A DNA stretch of 64,000 nt from Euryarchaeota archaeon UBA552 (GCA_002499585.1 DAMH01000027.1:215983-279982); one strand, 5' to 3'. Shown: positions 29,665 to 39,513, counted from the first letter of the stretch. Program-made: numbers and translations. The notes: generated by a model from the letters alone, not told the origin.

Positions 29665-30621
29665 ATGATAGGCGGCCTTTCCGATGAAGTCCTCTTGATT
29701 TTGGGCCTTTTGTTACTTGTCATTGGTGGTGAGCTTGTTGTTCAAGGCTCAGTAAAAATTGCAAATTTACTTGGTATGCCGTCATTTCTAGTTGGTTTCA
29801 CATTGGTCGCAATCGGTACCAGTCTGCCTGAACTCGGGGTAGTTTTGAATGCGATCAACAGAGGGGATGCGGAATCTGTGGACCTTGCGGTGGGCGGAGT
29901 GATAGGATCCAACATAGCTAATGTGATGATGGTGCTTGCAATAGCCATGATTATTGGAGCGGCGTCCCAACCCGATAGGCGTCTGAGAGAGGATGCGTTT
30001 ACGTTGTTGGGCGCCACTTTCCTTGTTTCTCTATCTGTCACTCTAGGGGAGTTTCCAGTTTGGATGGGAGTGGCTTCGGTGGCAAGTATGGTTGTGTATT
30101 ATGCCTACATCTTCCGCAGTCGCAGTGGAGAGGATCAAGAAGATGAGGGGGCATCTTGGATCCCAGACGGTTACATTGCCTCAATAATTTCCTTTGTTCT
30201 AGGTCTATCTCTTGTTAAATTCGGATCTGATTACCTTCTTGAAGGCGGACAGGGTCTTGCAACAAGTTTGGGTGTATCAGAGACGGTAATCGGTCTCACG
30301 TTGGTCGCCTTCGGGACATCTCTTCCGGAACTCGCAGTCACAATAACAGCATCTCTGAGGGGGGTGCAAGGAGTGGCGGTCGGAAACATCCTCGGATCGA
30401 ATGTGGCAAACGTGATGGCGGTTCTTGGAATAGGGTCCATAATCGGGGGAGGGCTTGAAATTTCAGATTCTTTCTCATCATTGGATGTCTGGGTTCTTGT
30501 CGGGAGTTCGGGGCTTGTGGGGATATCGATAATATTTGGAAGGGGGATGTCTAGGTCAATGGGCATAGTCCTTCTTGTAGGCTACATCGCATATGTCGCC
30601 CGCCTTTTTTTGAGCGCGTGA
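29665..30621 (+). CDS. Ca2+/Na+ antiporter (YrbG/CaCA family)
   Basis: Two GTSLPEL...G..(I/L)GSN(I/V)AN alpha repeats. Confidence 0.93.
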   Translation: MIGGLSDEVLLILGLLLLVIGGELVVQGSVKIANLLGMPSFLVGFTLVAIGTSLPELGVVLNAINRGDAESVDLAVGGVIGSNIANVMMVLAIAMIIGAASQPDRRLREDAFTLLGATFLVSLSVTLGEFPVWMGVASVASMVVYYAYIFRSRSGEDQEDEGASWIPDGYIASIISFVLGLSLVKFGSDYLLEGGQGLATSLGVSETVIGLTLVAFGTSLPELAVTITASLRGVQGVAVGNILGSNVANVMAVLGIGSIIGGGLEISDSFSSLDVWVLVGSSGLVGISIIFGRGMSRSMGIVLLVGYIAYVARLFLSA

Positions 30622-30625
30622 TTCC

Positions 30626-31225
30626 ATGACTCTCCGGAAAAAAACTTCCTGCCTAATACTAGCAGCAGGTCTTAGCAGAAGACTTGGTTTTGATAAGGCT
30701 TCAATTATGCTCAATGGAGCCCCCCTAGTATCTCATATGGCTGAAATGATGGAAAAGCAAGGGCTGGAAACCTGCGTAGTTGTGAATTCGGATTTTGACC
30801 GCGGAGTTTTCCAGAATCGCTCAACAATGACAGCTGTTAATCCCGATCCGGATTCTGGTCGAACGGGTTCAATTAAGATCGGTTTGGCCGCTCTGGGGGA
30901 CGTTTCAAGACTGATAATCGCCCCGGTAGATCGACCTGGTTTTTCCTCTGATACATTAAGGAAGTTGATGAGTTTGAATTACAGTTCCTGTCCTGAGAAG
31001 GATGGCAGGGGCGGGCATCCAATCCTCTTGGACAAGGTTGGGATCACTGCAATTCGGGAGTCGCCTCCTGACGTCCCGCTCAGAAATTTAGTTACTGTCA
31101 CGAGGTTTGTTGTAGATGATCCTCATCTGCATCTGAATTTAGACACTATTGAGGATGTCGAGGATCTGTTATCAGCTTGGGAGCGGATATCAAAATCATG
31201 GGATGTCAACTCCAAGTCCAAGTAG
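30626..31225 (+). CDS. MocA/MobA-like nucleotidyltransferase (probable Moco cytidylyltransferase)
   Basis: ILAAGLSRRLG.DK, PVDRP, GHP, LDT.ED; near xdhC and a Mo-hydroxylase. Confidence 0.8.
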   Translation: MTLRKKTSCLILAAGLSRRLGFDKASIMLNGAPLVSHMAEMMEKQGLETCVVVNSDFDRGVFQNRSTMTAVNPDPDSGRTGSIKIGLAALGDVSRLIIAPVDRPGFSSDTLRKLMSLNYSSCPEKDGRGGHPILLDKVGITAIRESPPDVPLRNLVTVTRFVVDDPHLHLNLDTIEDVEDLLSAWERISKSWDVNSKSK

Positions 31226-32398
31226 AATAAAACCGAACAACAATCCCGGAAGGAGAGTATGGAATGTTGCCCACAAAGACGCGGTTCTGTGACGAACTAG
31301 GAGTGGGAACAGGGCATCCCCATCTTGTGAGATTGCATTTGAAACAAGTGCGGGGAATGATATTATTCCCTCAACATAGGCTGTAATTGCTATTATTTGT
31401 GGGCCGCATCCTGGAATAAGGCCAATGGTGGCGGCGACTGCCACGGCCAGTGGTCCGGATCCCTGTGAGGCCAAGTCCGATTCTGATACTCCAGATATGG
31501 TCATGATCAACTCGAATACAAGATATGCAGCAAGCACCCAGAAGGTTACGAAGGCAGTCTCAGAGGCAGCATGAGTCAAAGTTTCATCAAATGAATGTAG
31601 TTTATCTCCTATGCTCGCTTCAGTGTCATCTGCTATGAAACTCTTGTTTGCTCCATAGAGTAATATCGAAAGTGTGGTGCCGGTTACGCCGACAATTGTC
31701 AACAAGCCGTCCCTAGTTGTAGGATTGAGACTCAGACCTGGGTTGTAATCTGGATCATTGGCAAACCAAAATATAAGCAAAATTCCCAGAATTAGTCCGA
31801 CCAGGGTAACGGCCCACCAAATTTTGTAGCCGCTGTGGATGATGTTGTATGATATCGATCCAGGTTGCTCTCTGGGTAGTGAAGAAATAACATCTACTTT
31901 TGATTCGTCCTCCATGATAGTTGACATCGTTGAGTCGTAGTGTTGGCTTTTACCGGAAAGCGCGATCCCGAGCGGCATTTCTGGCGTTACCCTCAGCATA
32001 TCTGCGCCGTATCCCCAAATCACTGCTGCAGTGAAAGTAATGAGGTGCACTAATATTACCGGCATCAAGAATTTTTCATCTTGTATTATTGCCCCAACCA
32101 GAACGAATGCGGAATCGCCGAGTGTTGCTATTAGAGTGGAAATAACCGTTCCGTAGGTCACATACCCTCTAGCATACATGGGCATCATTATTATCGCTCC
32201 GCCACAACCGGGAATCAACCCCATCAAAGCTCCAATAAGTGGTTGCCATTTCTTACTGGATCTTATCCAGTCGACGAACCTTCCCGCGGTAAGATATTGC
32301 AACCAACTAAACAACAACACCATTGCGGCTACGAAAACAGTGACTGCCAGAAAGGCGTCTCTCATGGACACTAAGATAGTCTCTAGGAGGACGTTCAC
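31196..32398 (-). CDS. Putative manganese/metal transporter (DUF2899-like)
   Basis: Duplicated GLIPGCG...GD(S/A) motifs, multi-TM; GTG at 32398 after GGAGGGG. Confidence 0.8.
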   Translation of the reverse strand: MNVLLETILVSMRDAFLAVTVFVAAMVLLFSWLQYLTAGRFVDWIRSSKKWQPLIGALMGLIPGCGGAIIMMPMYARGYVTYGTVISTLIATLGDSAFVLVGAIIQDEKFLMPVILVHLITFTAAVIWGYGADMLRVTPEMPLGIALSGKSQHYDSTMSTIMEDESKVDVISSLPREQPGSISYNIIHSGYKIWWAVTLVGLILGILLIFWFANDPDYNPGLSLNPTTRDGLLTIVGVTGTTLSILLYGANKSFIADDTEASIGDKLHSFDETLTHAASETAFVTFWVLAAYLVFELIMTISGVSESDLASQGSGPLAVAVAATIGLIPGCGPQIIAITAYVEGIISFPALVSNAISQDGDALFPLLVRHRTASLWATFHTLLPGLLFGFILLGLGVDIP

Positions 32399-32490
32399 AC
32401 CCCCTCCGATCAGGTACAAGACTTATGACTTCCCGACGATGGTCTCGCATCGCCGGCAATTGAGACTATCGGAAGCCGGGGTGACAGGGC

Positions 32491-33294
32491 ATGGGGACTA
32501 GAACAGTTCAATGGGCATTGAACGAGCTGAAACAGCTCAACGTGGTGGTGATAGCGTCCATAATCGAATCCGACGGAAGCGTTCCAGCCAAGGTGGGTGC
32601 TAAAATGGCAATTTCTTCCACAGGAAGAATACATGGGACCGTCGGCGGAGCGGGATTGGAATTAAAAATCGAAGAAAAACTGCATAGAATGTTAAACGGG
32701 GAATCTGGTGGAATCGAAAAATATGTACTTTCAACTTTATCTGAAGACGTAAATACCACCAACCTAAACAGCCTCTGCGGAGGCAGAGTGACCGTGGCGT
32801 TCGAAAGGATGGAGCCTGTACCTCACATTCTTCTGATGGGGGGAGGCCATGTTGCAAAGGCAATCAGTGAATCCTGCGATCTATTGGGGTGGGCCTACAG
32901 TGTGTTCGATGAAAGGAATAATTACGTGTCTTCAGAGAGGTTTCCAAACTCTGTAGAGAGGATATCATCATCCGCGGCTGATTTTTTGAAGGGCGAGGAC
33001 GCCACGAGCCTCACCAGATTTTCCGATATACTATTGTTGGGCCATGATTGGTCGATTGATCAGGCCCTCCTTATCGGGATTTTAAGTTATGATGGGGTGC
33101 TGGCGACGAGGATTGGCTGCATAGGTTCCAAGACGAAATGGAGAGAATTTTCAAAGAGTTCCAAAATAGAGGGCGTTGAAAGGCAAAAGTTGGATTCAGT
33201 AAGGTGCCCAATAGGCATGAGGATTGGCGCGGTGACTGTCGAGGAAATCGCATTTTCAGTCTGCAGTGAAATAATTCAACTCATCAGAGAGTGA
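32491..33294 (+). CDS. xdhC: XdhC/CoxI family Moco maturation factor
   Basis: GSVPAKVGAKM, GTVGG, CGG, GGGHV, GCIGSKTK, CPIG...EEIA. Confidence 0.9.
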   Translation: MGTRTVQWALNELKQLNVVVIASIIESDGSVPAKVGAKMAISSTGRIHGTVGGAGLELKIEEKLHRMLNGESGGIEKYVLSTLSEDVNTTNLNSLCGGRVTVAFERMEPVPHILLMGGGHVAKAISESCDLLGWAYSVFDERNNYVSSERFPNSVERISSSAADFLKGEDATSLTRFSDILLLGHDWSIDQALLIGILSYDGVLATRIGCIGSKTKWREFSKSSKIEGVERQKLDSVRCPIGMRIGAVTVEEIAFSVCSEIIQLIRE

Positions 33295-33355
33295 CCTTTT
33301 CGTCCGCGACTGCATGACCTGCAATTTGATAACCAATGCTTTTCTACTCCACAGT

Positions 33356-33997
33356 GTGAGACGCGTCAGGCTAAGGTGGAATCGATCCGACCTTGAGGAC
33401 ATATCAGAATTCAAACAATTGATGGATGCTGTAGACAAGTACGAGATACTTGCTCACCTGAAATTAGGTGAAGAGGGCATCGAACACTTGGCGGAAATAA
33501 CGCCCAAGAATGGAGATATGGGGGCAATAAAACAAATTCCCACATTTGAAATCAGAGAAATTCACGAAGAAGATGGTGGAACATTCCTCACTTCGGTCAA
33601 CCTAACACATACACTTCCGATGATGATGCTGGACCTTGAAAAGATACAATTACACCCTCCCTATGGTCTTGATTCTGATGGGCTTGAGTTGAATTTCACT
33701 GGAAAAACAGACTCCATGAAAAGATTGCTGGATCTTCTAAAATTAATGATGCCTTGGGACAGTATCAGTGTTCAATCTGTGAGAAAAAACCATGGAGACG
33801 TTTGGAGAGATATCTTGACAGATCGTCAAGTAGAAGTCTTGAGAACCGCGTTTTTGATGGGATATTATTCTGAGGGGAAGAACGTCAAGATCAAGGATAT
33901 AGCTGAAAATATGGGTATGGCGAGGTCAACTATGGGAGGGCATTTGAAATTGATTGAGCATGTAATTATGTCCAAGGTTGTTGACGATATTGGGTAA
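33356..33997 (+). CDS. HTH_10 (bacterio-opsin activator-like) transcriptional regulator
   Basis: C-terminal LTDRQVEVLRTAFLMGYY...IAENMGMARST..HL; probable GTG start. Confidence 0.88.
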   Translation: MRRVRLRWNRSDLEDISEFKQLMDAVDKYEILAHLKLGEEGIEHLAEITPKNGDMGAIKQIPTFEIREIHEEDGGTFLTSVNLTHTLPMMMLDLEKIQLHPPYGLDSDGLELNFTGKTDSMKRLLDLLKLMMPWDSISVQSVRKNHGDVWRDILTDRQVEVLRTAFLMGYYSEGKNVKIKDIAENMGMARSTMGGHLKLIEHVIMSKVVDDIG

Positions 33998-34038
33998 ATG
34001 GCCCTAACTCTCATACGCCGGCATGTACGTCGACGCGC

Positions 34039-34605
34039 ATGGCTGGTCTTCCCCTACCCATCGCGGGCGGGGCCTCAACAAAGGTCTGGTCGGCCACTAT
34101 CAATGGGAAAAATCAACAATGCATTATAAAAGAGCACGATCTACTGTTGGATGTCCTCCGAGATGGTTTAGGCTCCCTAGGAACGAAGAGAGGGTGCGAC
34201 ATGGGGACATGTGGTTGCTGCTCTATACTGATAGACGGCAAGCCAAGGTTGTCCTGCATGACACTAGCAGTAGAGGTTGAAGGTCGATCGATAACAACTG
34301 TGGAAGGGCTTTCCGACGGGCACCATCTTCACCCGATCCAAACCATGTTCGCTGAATGTGGCGGAAGTCAATGTGGATTTTGTACCCCAGGATTTTTGGT
34401 TGTGAGTGCTGCACTTCTCGATACCAACCCTGAGCCAACAAGACAGGAGGCCGAGGATGCAATTGAGGGGAATCTCTGCAGGTGCACGGGTTATCAGCAG
34501 ATTGTTGACTCAATCATGGAAGCTTCAAAGATGCTCACTGGGATCGGCGGTCAGCAGCCGACAACGCGTCCAGCTAGCGACCCAAATCCCATGTTTGGAG
34601 GTTAA
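34039..34605 (+). CDS. Xanthine oxidase-family small 2x[2Fe-2S] subunit (HcrC/CoxS-like)
   Basis: GCDMGTCGCC, SC, QCGFCTPG, NLCRCTGY. Confidence 0.95.
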   Translation: MAGLPLPIAGGASTKVWSATINGKNQQCIIKEHDLLLDVLRDGLGSLGTKRGCDMGTCGCCSILIDGKPRLSCMTLAVEVEGRSITTVEGLSDGHHLHPIQTMFAECGGSQCGFCTPGFLVVSAALLDTNPEPTRQEAEDAIEGNLCRCTGYQQIVDSIMEASKMLTGIGGQQPTTRPASDPNPMFGG

Positions 34606-34609
34606 TTCT

Positions 34610-37504
34610 ATGACTGACCTCGATGACAGAGACGACGTTTTTGAGGATTTGGAAGTTGAACCAGAGGTTCCTGAATATAAATCAAAGGTCGGTAAGAAGA
34701 GATTCAAAACGAAAGCTGCGAAGACGATTGAAACTGAAAAATCAGAAATCGTTGGGTATCGTCAGCAACCCGGTAAATTAGACTTCACAAGACCTGGTTC
34801 GGGCGGATCATCTCCGTTATCTGAAAGAAGAGATCCCAAGATGATACCTCGAAGTCAGGGGGGTGAATTAGAGCAACCTTGGGGCCCACATCGTCATGAC
34901 AGCCTTGTCACAGGCAGGGTAATAGGCAAAAGAACGGCCTTGATAGATAGTAAATGGAAAGTCACCGGCCAAGCAGTGTATGGTGATGATGTTCGCCTGC
35001 CTGGTGAAATAATAGGACGCTTGGTAAGGAGTGACAGGCATTACGCCAGGGTGTTGTCTGTAGATGTTACAGAGGCCGAGGCAATGCCCGGGGTCTTAGC
35101 AACAGCAACAGGCCTTGACGCGCCTTCGGCCTTTGGGGTTCTACCTGTGACCAAGGACGAACATGCCATGGCAATCGAGAAGGTACGGCATATTGGCGAC
35201 ATAATTGCCTGCGTTGCCGCTGAGGACGAGGCCACTGCGAGAATCGCATCTCAGGCCGTTCGTGTCGAATACCAGGATCTAGATCCTATTTTCGATATGC
35301 GAGATGGGCTCAAAGACTCAGAGAATCCCATTCACGACAGGGGTGTTTATCACATAGGGGAATCTAATGTCCAAAAGCGAGTTTTTCAGAGGTTCGGGAG
35401 GATATCCGATATTGAGGACTCAGTTGCTTCGTATGAAAGAGACTGGACCTTCAAAGGAGTCAATCACGGATTTACCGAGCCACACGCAGTGGTTGCACAC
35501 TGGGATCCACGAGGGCGGTTGACCTTGTACACACCTCAACAGGTACCCCACTATGTTCACAGGGCACTTGCGGACGTACTGAATATACCAATGCACCAAA
35601 TAAACGTGCATAGGACTTATGTTGGAGGCGGTTTTGGTGGAAAGTCCGATCCCTTTCCCCACGAAATGTGTGCAGCGATATTGGCACGGAAGACTGGTCG
35701 CCCAGTAAGGATTACTTTTGACCGGGAGGAGGTCTTCTGGACCAATAGAGGGCGTCATCCATCAAGAATTTCAATGGCTATTCACGCTGATGAAGAGGGG
35801 CGGTTCAGCGGGATTGAAACTGATGCTCTGATAGATGGAGGAGGATTTGCATCATTCGGACACGTGACCACTTACTACAACGGAGTTCTGCACACTGCCC
35901 CATACGAAATCGGAGCTTTCCACTACACTGGTGCCAGAGTATGGACCAACAAACCCGCCAGCGGTGCGATGAGGGGTCATGGTGCGGTCAACTCTAGGTG
36001 TGCTGTCGAAGTAGGGATCGACGACATATCCGAACAGTTAGGGGTCGACCCAATCGATCTTCGTCTCGCGAATTTGTTGCCCCCTCACTCGGCAACCATA
36101 ACGGGATTCAGAGTGACATCCATTGGCATGAGAGAGTGTCTGGAAAGGGTGAGGAAGGAGTCGAACTGGGAAAAGAAATTCAGAAAGATGCCGCTCGGTA
36201 AGGGAATTGGTGTTGGATGTGGATTCTTCATTTCAGGAAGCGGTCTGCCCATACATTGGGATCCCAACAAATTTCCGCATGCTACGGTTCATCTCAAGAT
36301 AGACATGGATGGCGGAGTCACAGTTCACACGGGGGCTGCGGACATAGGGCAAGGATCGGATACTGTGGTGGGACAGGCGGTAGCCGAGGTCCTGGGTCTG
36401 CCAATGGACATGATCAGAATAAAGTCCAAGGAATCAGACACGTCTCCCGTGGATCTTGGTTCCTATTCCAGTAGAGTCACATTCATGAACGCCAATGCCG
36501 CAGTTTCTGCTGCCATGGAAATACGCTCAGACTTAATCACGGCCGCCTCATCGATCCTAGATCTCGATGAATCGAAATTGGTTCTTGGAGATAGGCGGAT
36601 TTTCAGCAAAAGGAATCCCGAGGTTGGAATTTCATACTTGGAAGCTTTACACAAAGCACAGGAAGATCGAGGTGCACTTGTCGCTTCGGGGTCATATAGG
36701 ACCCCTCCGATGGGAAAAATGCACAAAGGTGCCGCTGCAGGCCTTGCACCTGCATATTCTTTCTCTGCTTACGTTGCAGAAGTGGATGTCGATGTTGAAA
36801 CTGGAAGTATAAAGGTCGAGAAAGTTTGGGCTGCGCATGATTGTGGCAAGGCTCTGAATCCGCTCTCAGTCGAAGGCCAAATTATTGGATCTTGTCACAT
36901 GGGTCTCGGCCAAGTTATTTCGGAGGAAATGAAGTATGGCAGAACCGGTAATCTGCTAAACCCAGATCTCTTGGGGTACAAGATACCTACTGTTCATGAA
37001 ATGCCTGAAGTTGTACCCATTATCGTCGAGTCGAACGATCCCGAGGGGCCATTTGGAGCGAAAGAAGCAGGCGAGGGTCCATTGTTGCCAATACTTCCAG
37101 CTGTTTGCAATGCAGTGTACGACGCAATAGGAGTTAGAACAAGTGAGTTGCCATTGACACCAGACAAACTGTTTCGCTCGATTGAAAAGGCCTGCAGCAA
37201 AAAAGGCATTTCCGACCCAAGAGACTTGCCGAATCCAAAACTGGAATTGAAACCCCTCTCCAAGATATTGAAGAAGAGAGCAAAGGATCACTCCTCAAGG
37301 GACAGAAAAAGAAGGTTAGATTCTTCCCCCGAGGCATACTTCAACGGGCAACTTTTCGGGCAGGAGCCATCTAATCCTCCGGAAGAAAACGACCCAGAAT
37401 GGATGGTCCAAGTCATCCCAGATAAGGAATACCTCGAGAATCCTAAGCTTGCCGGAAGCGCTTGGCTGCACAAAGAGCGCAGACACAGGAGGGCATCAGA
37501 ATGA
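34610..37504 (+). CDS. Xanthine oxidase-family Mo-binding large subunit, 4-hydroxybenzoyl-CoA reductase alpha-like
   Basis: VGGGFGGK, GAMRGHG, DIGQG, SSR, VEGQ, GPFGAKEAGE; ATG 34610 after GGAGGT. Confidence 0.9.
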   Translation: MTDLDDRDDVFEDLEVEPEVPEYKSKVGKKRFKTKAAKTIETEKSEIVGYRQQPGKLDFTRPGSGGSSPLSERRDPKMIPRSQGGELEQPWGPHRHDSLVTGRVIGKRTALIDSKWKVTGQAVYGDDVRLPGEIIGRLVRSDRHYARVLSVDVTEAEAMPGVLATATGLDAPSAFGVLPVTKDEHAMAIEKVRHIGDIIACVAAEDEATARIASQAVRVEYQDLDPIFDMRDGLKDSENPIHDRGVYHIGESNVQKRVFQRFGRISDIEDSVASYERDWTFKGVNHGFTEPHAVVAHWDPRGRLTLYTPQQVPHYVHRALADVLNIPMHQINVHRTYVGGGFGGKSDPFPHEMCAAILARKTGRPVRITFDREEVFWTNRGRHPSRISMAIHADEEGRFSGIETDALIDGGGFASFGHVTTYYNGVLHTAPYEIGAFHYTGARVWTNKPASGAMRGHGAVNSRCAVEVGIDDISEQLGVDPIDLRLANLLPPHSATITGFRVTSIGMRECLERVRKESNWEKKFRKMPLGKGIGVGCGFFISGSGLPIHWDPNKFPHATVHLKIDMDGGVTVHTGAADIGQGSDTVVGQAVAEVLGLPMDMIRIKSKESDTSPVDLGSYSSRVTFMNANAAVSAAMEIRSDLITAASSILDLDESKLVLGDRRIFSKRNPEVGISYLEALHKAQEDRGALVASGSYRTPPMGKMHKGAAAGLAPAYSFSAYVAEVDVDVETGSIKVEKVWAAHDCGKALNPLSVEGQIIGSCHMGLGQVISEEMKYGRTGNLLNPDLLGYKIPTVHEMPEVVPIIVESNDPEGPFGAKEAGEGPLLPILPAVCNAVYDAIGVRTSELPLTPDKLFRSIEKACSKKGISDPRDLPNPKLELKPLSKILKKRAKDHSSRDRKRRLDSSPEAYFNGQLFGQEPSNPPEENDPEWMVQVIPDKEYLENPKLAGSAWLHKERRHRRASE

Positions 37505-38496
37505 GGACGCCCAGTTTTCAGGTACATAGTCCAACAACGCTCTCGGAAGCACTTCAGATCGCGAATTCACTCAAAAAACAGAAAACTGAATTTGACTGGA
37601 TATCGGGAGGCACTGACCTAATCCCCAACTACAAGTGGGGAATTAACCCCAGATCGAACGTGATATCGATCTCCGGAGTCGATGAGCTGGGAGGGATATC
37701 CAAAACAAGAATCGGTGCAATGGCACGTTTGCAAGACATAGTAGAATCCTCCGAAGCTCACCCCCTCATTGCAGAGGCTGCGGCCAGTGTTGCCAGCGTC
37801 ATGATCAGAAGATCTGGTACGCTTGGTGGCAATCTCTGCCTTGATACGAGGTGTTTCTGGCTGAATCAGTCAGAGACATGGCGGAAATCAATTGAATATT
37901 GCCACAAATGTGATGAGGGAACAGGTGCTGATTGCAGGGTGATACCTAATCAGAATGAACTGTGTGTGGCGACATATCAAGGCGATCTCGCTCCTGCGTT
38001 AATGTGCCTGGATGCGACAATACACTTGGCATCGTTGAACTCAACCAGAAGTATGCCTTTGGAAGATTTCTTTCAGAATGATGGTATCACAAGAAATGTC
38101 TTGAAACCCGGCGAGATTGTAACCCATATTGAACTGCCAGACGACTCTCTCCGCAGATTTGGTTCGTACCAGAAACTCAGACATAGGGATGCTTGGGATT
38201 TTCCAGAAGGCGGTGTTGCGTTTTCAGTGGGAGTCGATCGCGACGGTTCTGTATCATCACTAAACATGGCAAGCACCGGATTTGAGAGCATACCAAGAAA
38301 ACACGGCGATTTGATCAGCTCATTAGGTAAAGGTCCCAATTGGGCCCTTGAGGCCGAACGACTTGGGGCAGAACTCAAGAGATCGGTCCGTCCCGTATTG
38401 AATACGTGGTTCCCCCCCAGGTATCGAAAGAAAATGGCCTCAGTGCTGGCAAGAAGGGCCATGGAAGAAGCATCAAAAAGGGTTACGTCGGCCTGA
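37501..38496 (+). CDS. FAD-binding medium subunit with [4Fe-4S] insertion (HcrB-like)
   Basis: SGGTDL, GTLGGNL, Cys-rich insert RCFWLNQSETWR..YC...DC...LC, GDLAPAL; ATGA coupling to the large subunit. Confidence 0.9.
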   Translation: MRTPSFQVHSPTTLSEALQIANSLKKQKTEFDWISGGTDLIPNYKWGINPRSNVISISGVDELGGISKTRIGAMARLQDIVESSEAHPLIAEAAASVASVMIRRSGTLGGNLCLDTRCFWLNQSETWRKSIEYCHKCDEGTGADCRVIPNQNELCVATYQGDLAPALMCLDATIHLASLNSTRSMPLEDFFQNDGITRNVLKPGEIVTHIELPDDSLRRFGSYQKLRHRDAWDFPEGGVAFSVGVDRDGSVSSLNMASTGFESIPRKHGDLISSLGKGPNWALEAERLGAELKRSVRPVLNTWFPPRYRKKMASVLARRAMEEASKRVTSA

Positions 38497-39404
38497 TTTT
38501 GATAATTTTGATGATGTCCTATCCCCTCTCCCCCGCATCCGCGCAAGAAGCAGTGGGCGGGTGGTCTGTCACAATTGCCGACGATAATGGTGAAATTCAG
38601 AGCATAATTCTCTCTGAAAGCGGTGCCGGCAGCATTCCCATCATAATCGAGAACAGCGGATTGACCAATATCAGAGTGTCATTAGAATGCAATGCGCCTT
38701 TCGAGGCGCAGGTTTCTTGTCCCGAGTCAGTACAAGTATCTCCGGGATCTAATGTCACTGTAATCGGAATGATGAACGGAGTGGATGTGATGCAACATTC
38801 AGCGGGGTCTAGTGCTGATTTCGAGGTTATTGCCACGGTAACTGCCCGACAGGGTATTCCTGTTGCCATTCCCGGGGATACTGACTCCGATGATGTCCTC
38901 ATCGAAATTCCGGCCGTTTACATGTTGAAGGTGGCCATCGATGATCCGCCGGGCCCCATTAACGCAGGGGCCGACACGATCCTCAAGGTATCTGTTGAAA
39001 ACAGAGGAAACATCGCTGATAGGGCTTCAGAAGTGGAGGTTGCCACTGATTGCACCCTGATGACAGTTGGTCCAGAGACAGCGGGCTTGACAAACAAAGA
39101 AATTCAACCAGGAGGAGAAATTACCGCCAACGTTGTTTTTGAGGCAGCACTGAGTCACCCCTCCAAATCCTGTGATGTCGACATTCAAGTGGTTTCACAA
39201 GGCTCTGGAGGGAGTCAAACCTCTACCGATTCTACGAGAATAGATGTTCAGGCGGCTACAGGCGATGACAAACCTAAGGGGCCTGTTGATGATGACAGCG
39301 GGACTGTTGAAGTAGTCACCACAGGGCTTCCCTCAGTCGGGGTTTTTGCAGGTGTTGTAACCCTATTTTTAGCGGCTATCAGTACTGCAAAGCAAAGAAA
39401 ATGA
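38406..39404 (+). CDS. Secreted Ig-like surface protein with C-terminal membrane anchor
   Basis: Signal peptide ending ASA/QE, VENRGN..D CARDB/Ig-like motif, C-terminal GLPS+TM+KQRK; start uncertain. Confidence 0.75.
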   Translation: MVPPQVSKENGLSAGKKGHGRSIKKGYVGLILIILMMSYPLSPASAQEAVGGWSVTIADDNGEIQSIILSESGAGSIPIIIENSGLTNIRVSLECNAPFEAQVSCPESVQVSPGSNVTVIGMMNGVDVMQHSAGSSADFEVIATVTARQGIPVAIPGDTDSDDVLIEIPAVYMLKVAIDDPPGPINAGADTILKVSVENRGNIADRASEVEVATDCTLMTVGPETAGLTNKEIQPGGEITANVVFEAALSHPSKSCDVDIQVVSQGSGGSQTSTDSTRIDVQAATGDDKPKGPVDDDSGTVEVVTTGLPSVGVFAGVVTLFLAAISTAKQRK

Positions 39405-39513
39405 TGAATCGCCATCATCTGATCCTAAGATCGCCTTTCAGCAACCTATAACACCTCGCGAACACCGCAGTAGACCTGTCGGCCTCCTTGGGGGGCTGTG
39501 CTAGGTGCCCAAC

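Noticed and set aside
34406-34609. Longer N-terminus of the Mo subunit given by the ORF track
   Set aside because: Overlaps the 2Fe-2S gene by 200 bp; ATG 34610 has a GGAGGT ribosome site
34610-37504. Aerobic CO dehydrogenase (CoxL)
   Set aside because: Active-site loop is AMRGHG, not AYxCSFR (form I) or AYxGAGR (form II)
39401-39422. C/D box sRNA (ATGATGA...CTGA)
   Set aside because: Boxes are only about 11 nt apart with no D'/C' pair; better explained by a stop codon plus a small ATGATG/CATCAT hairpin
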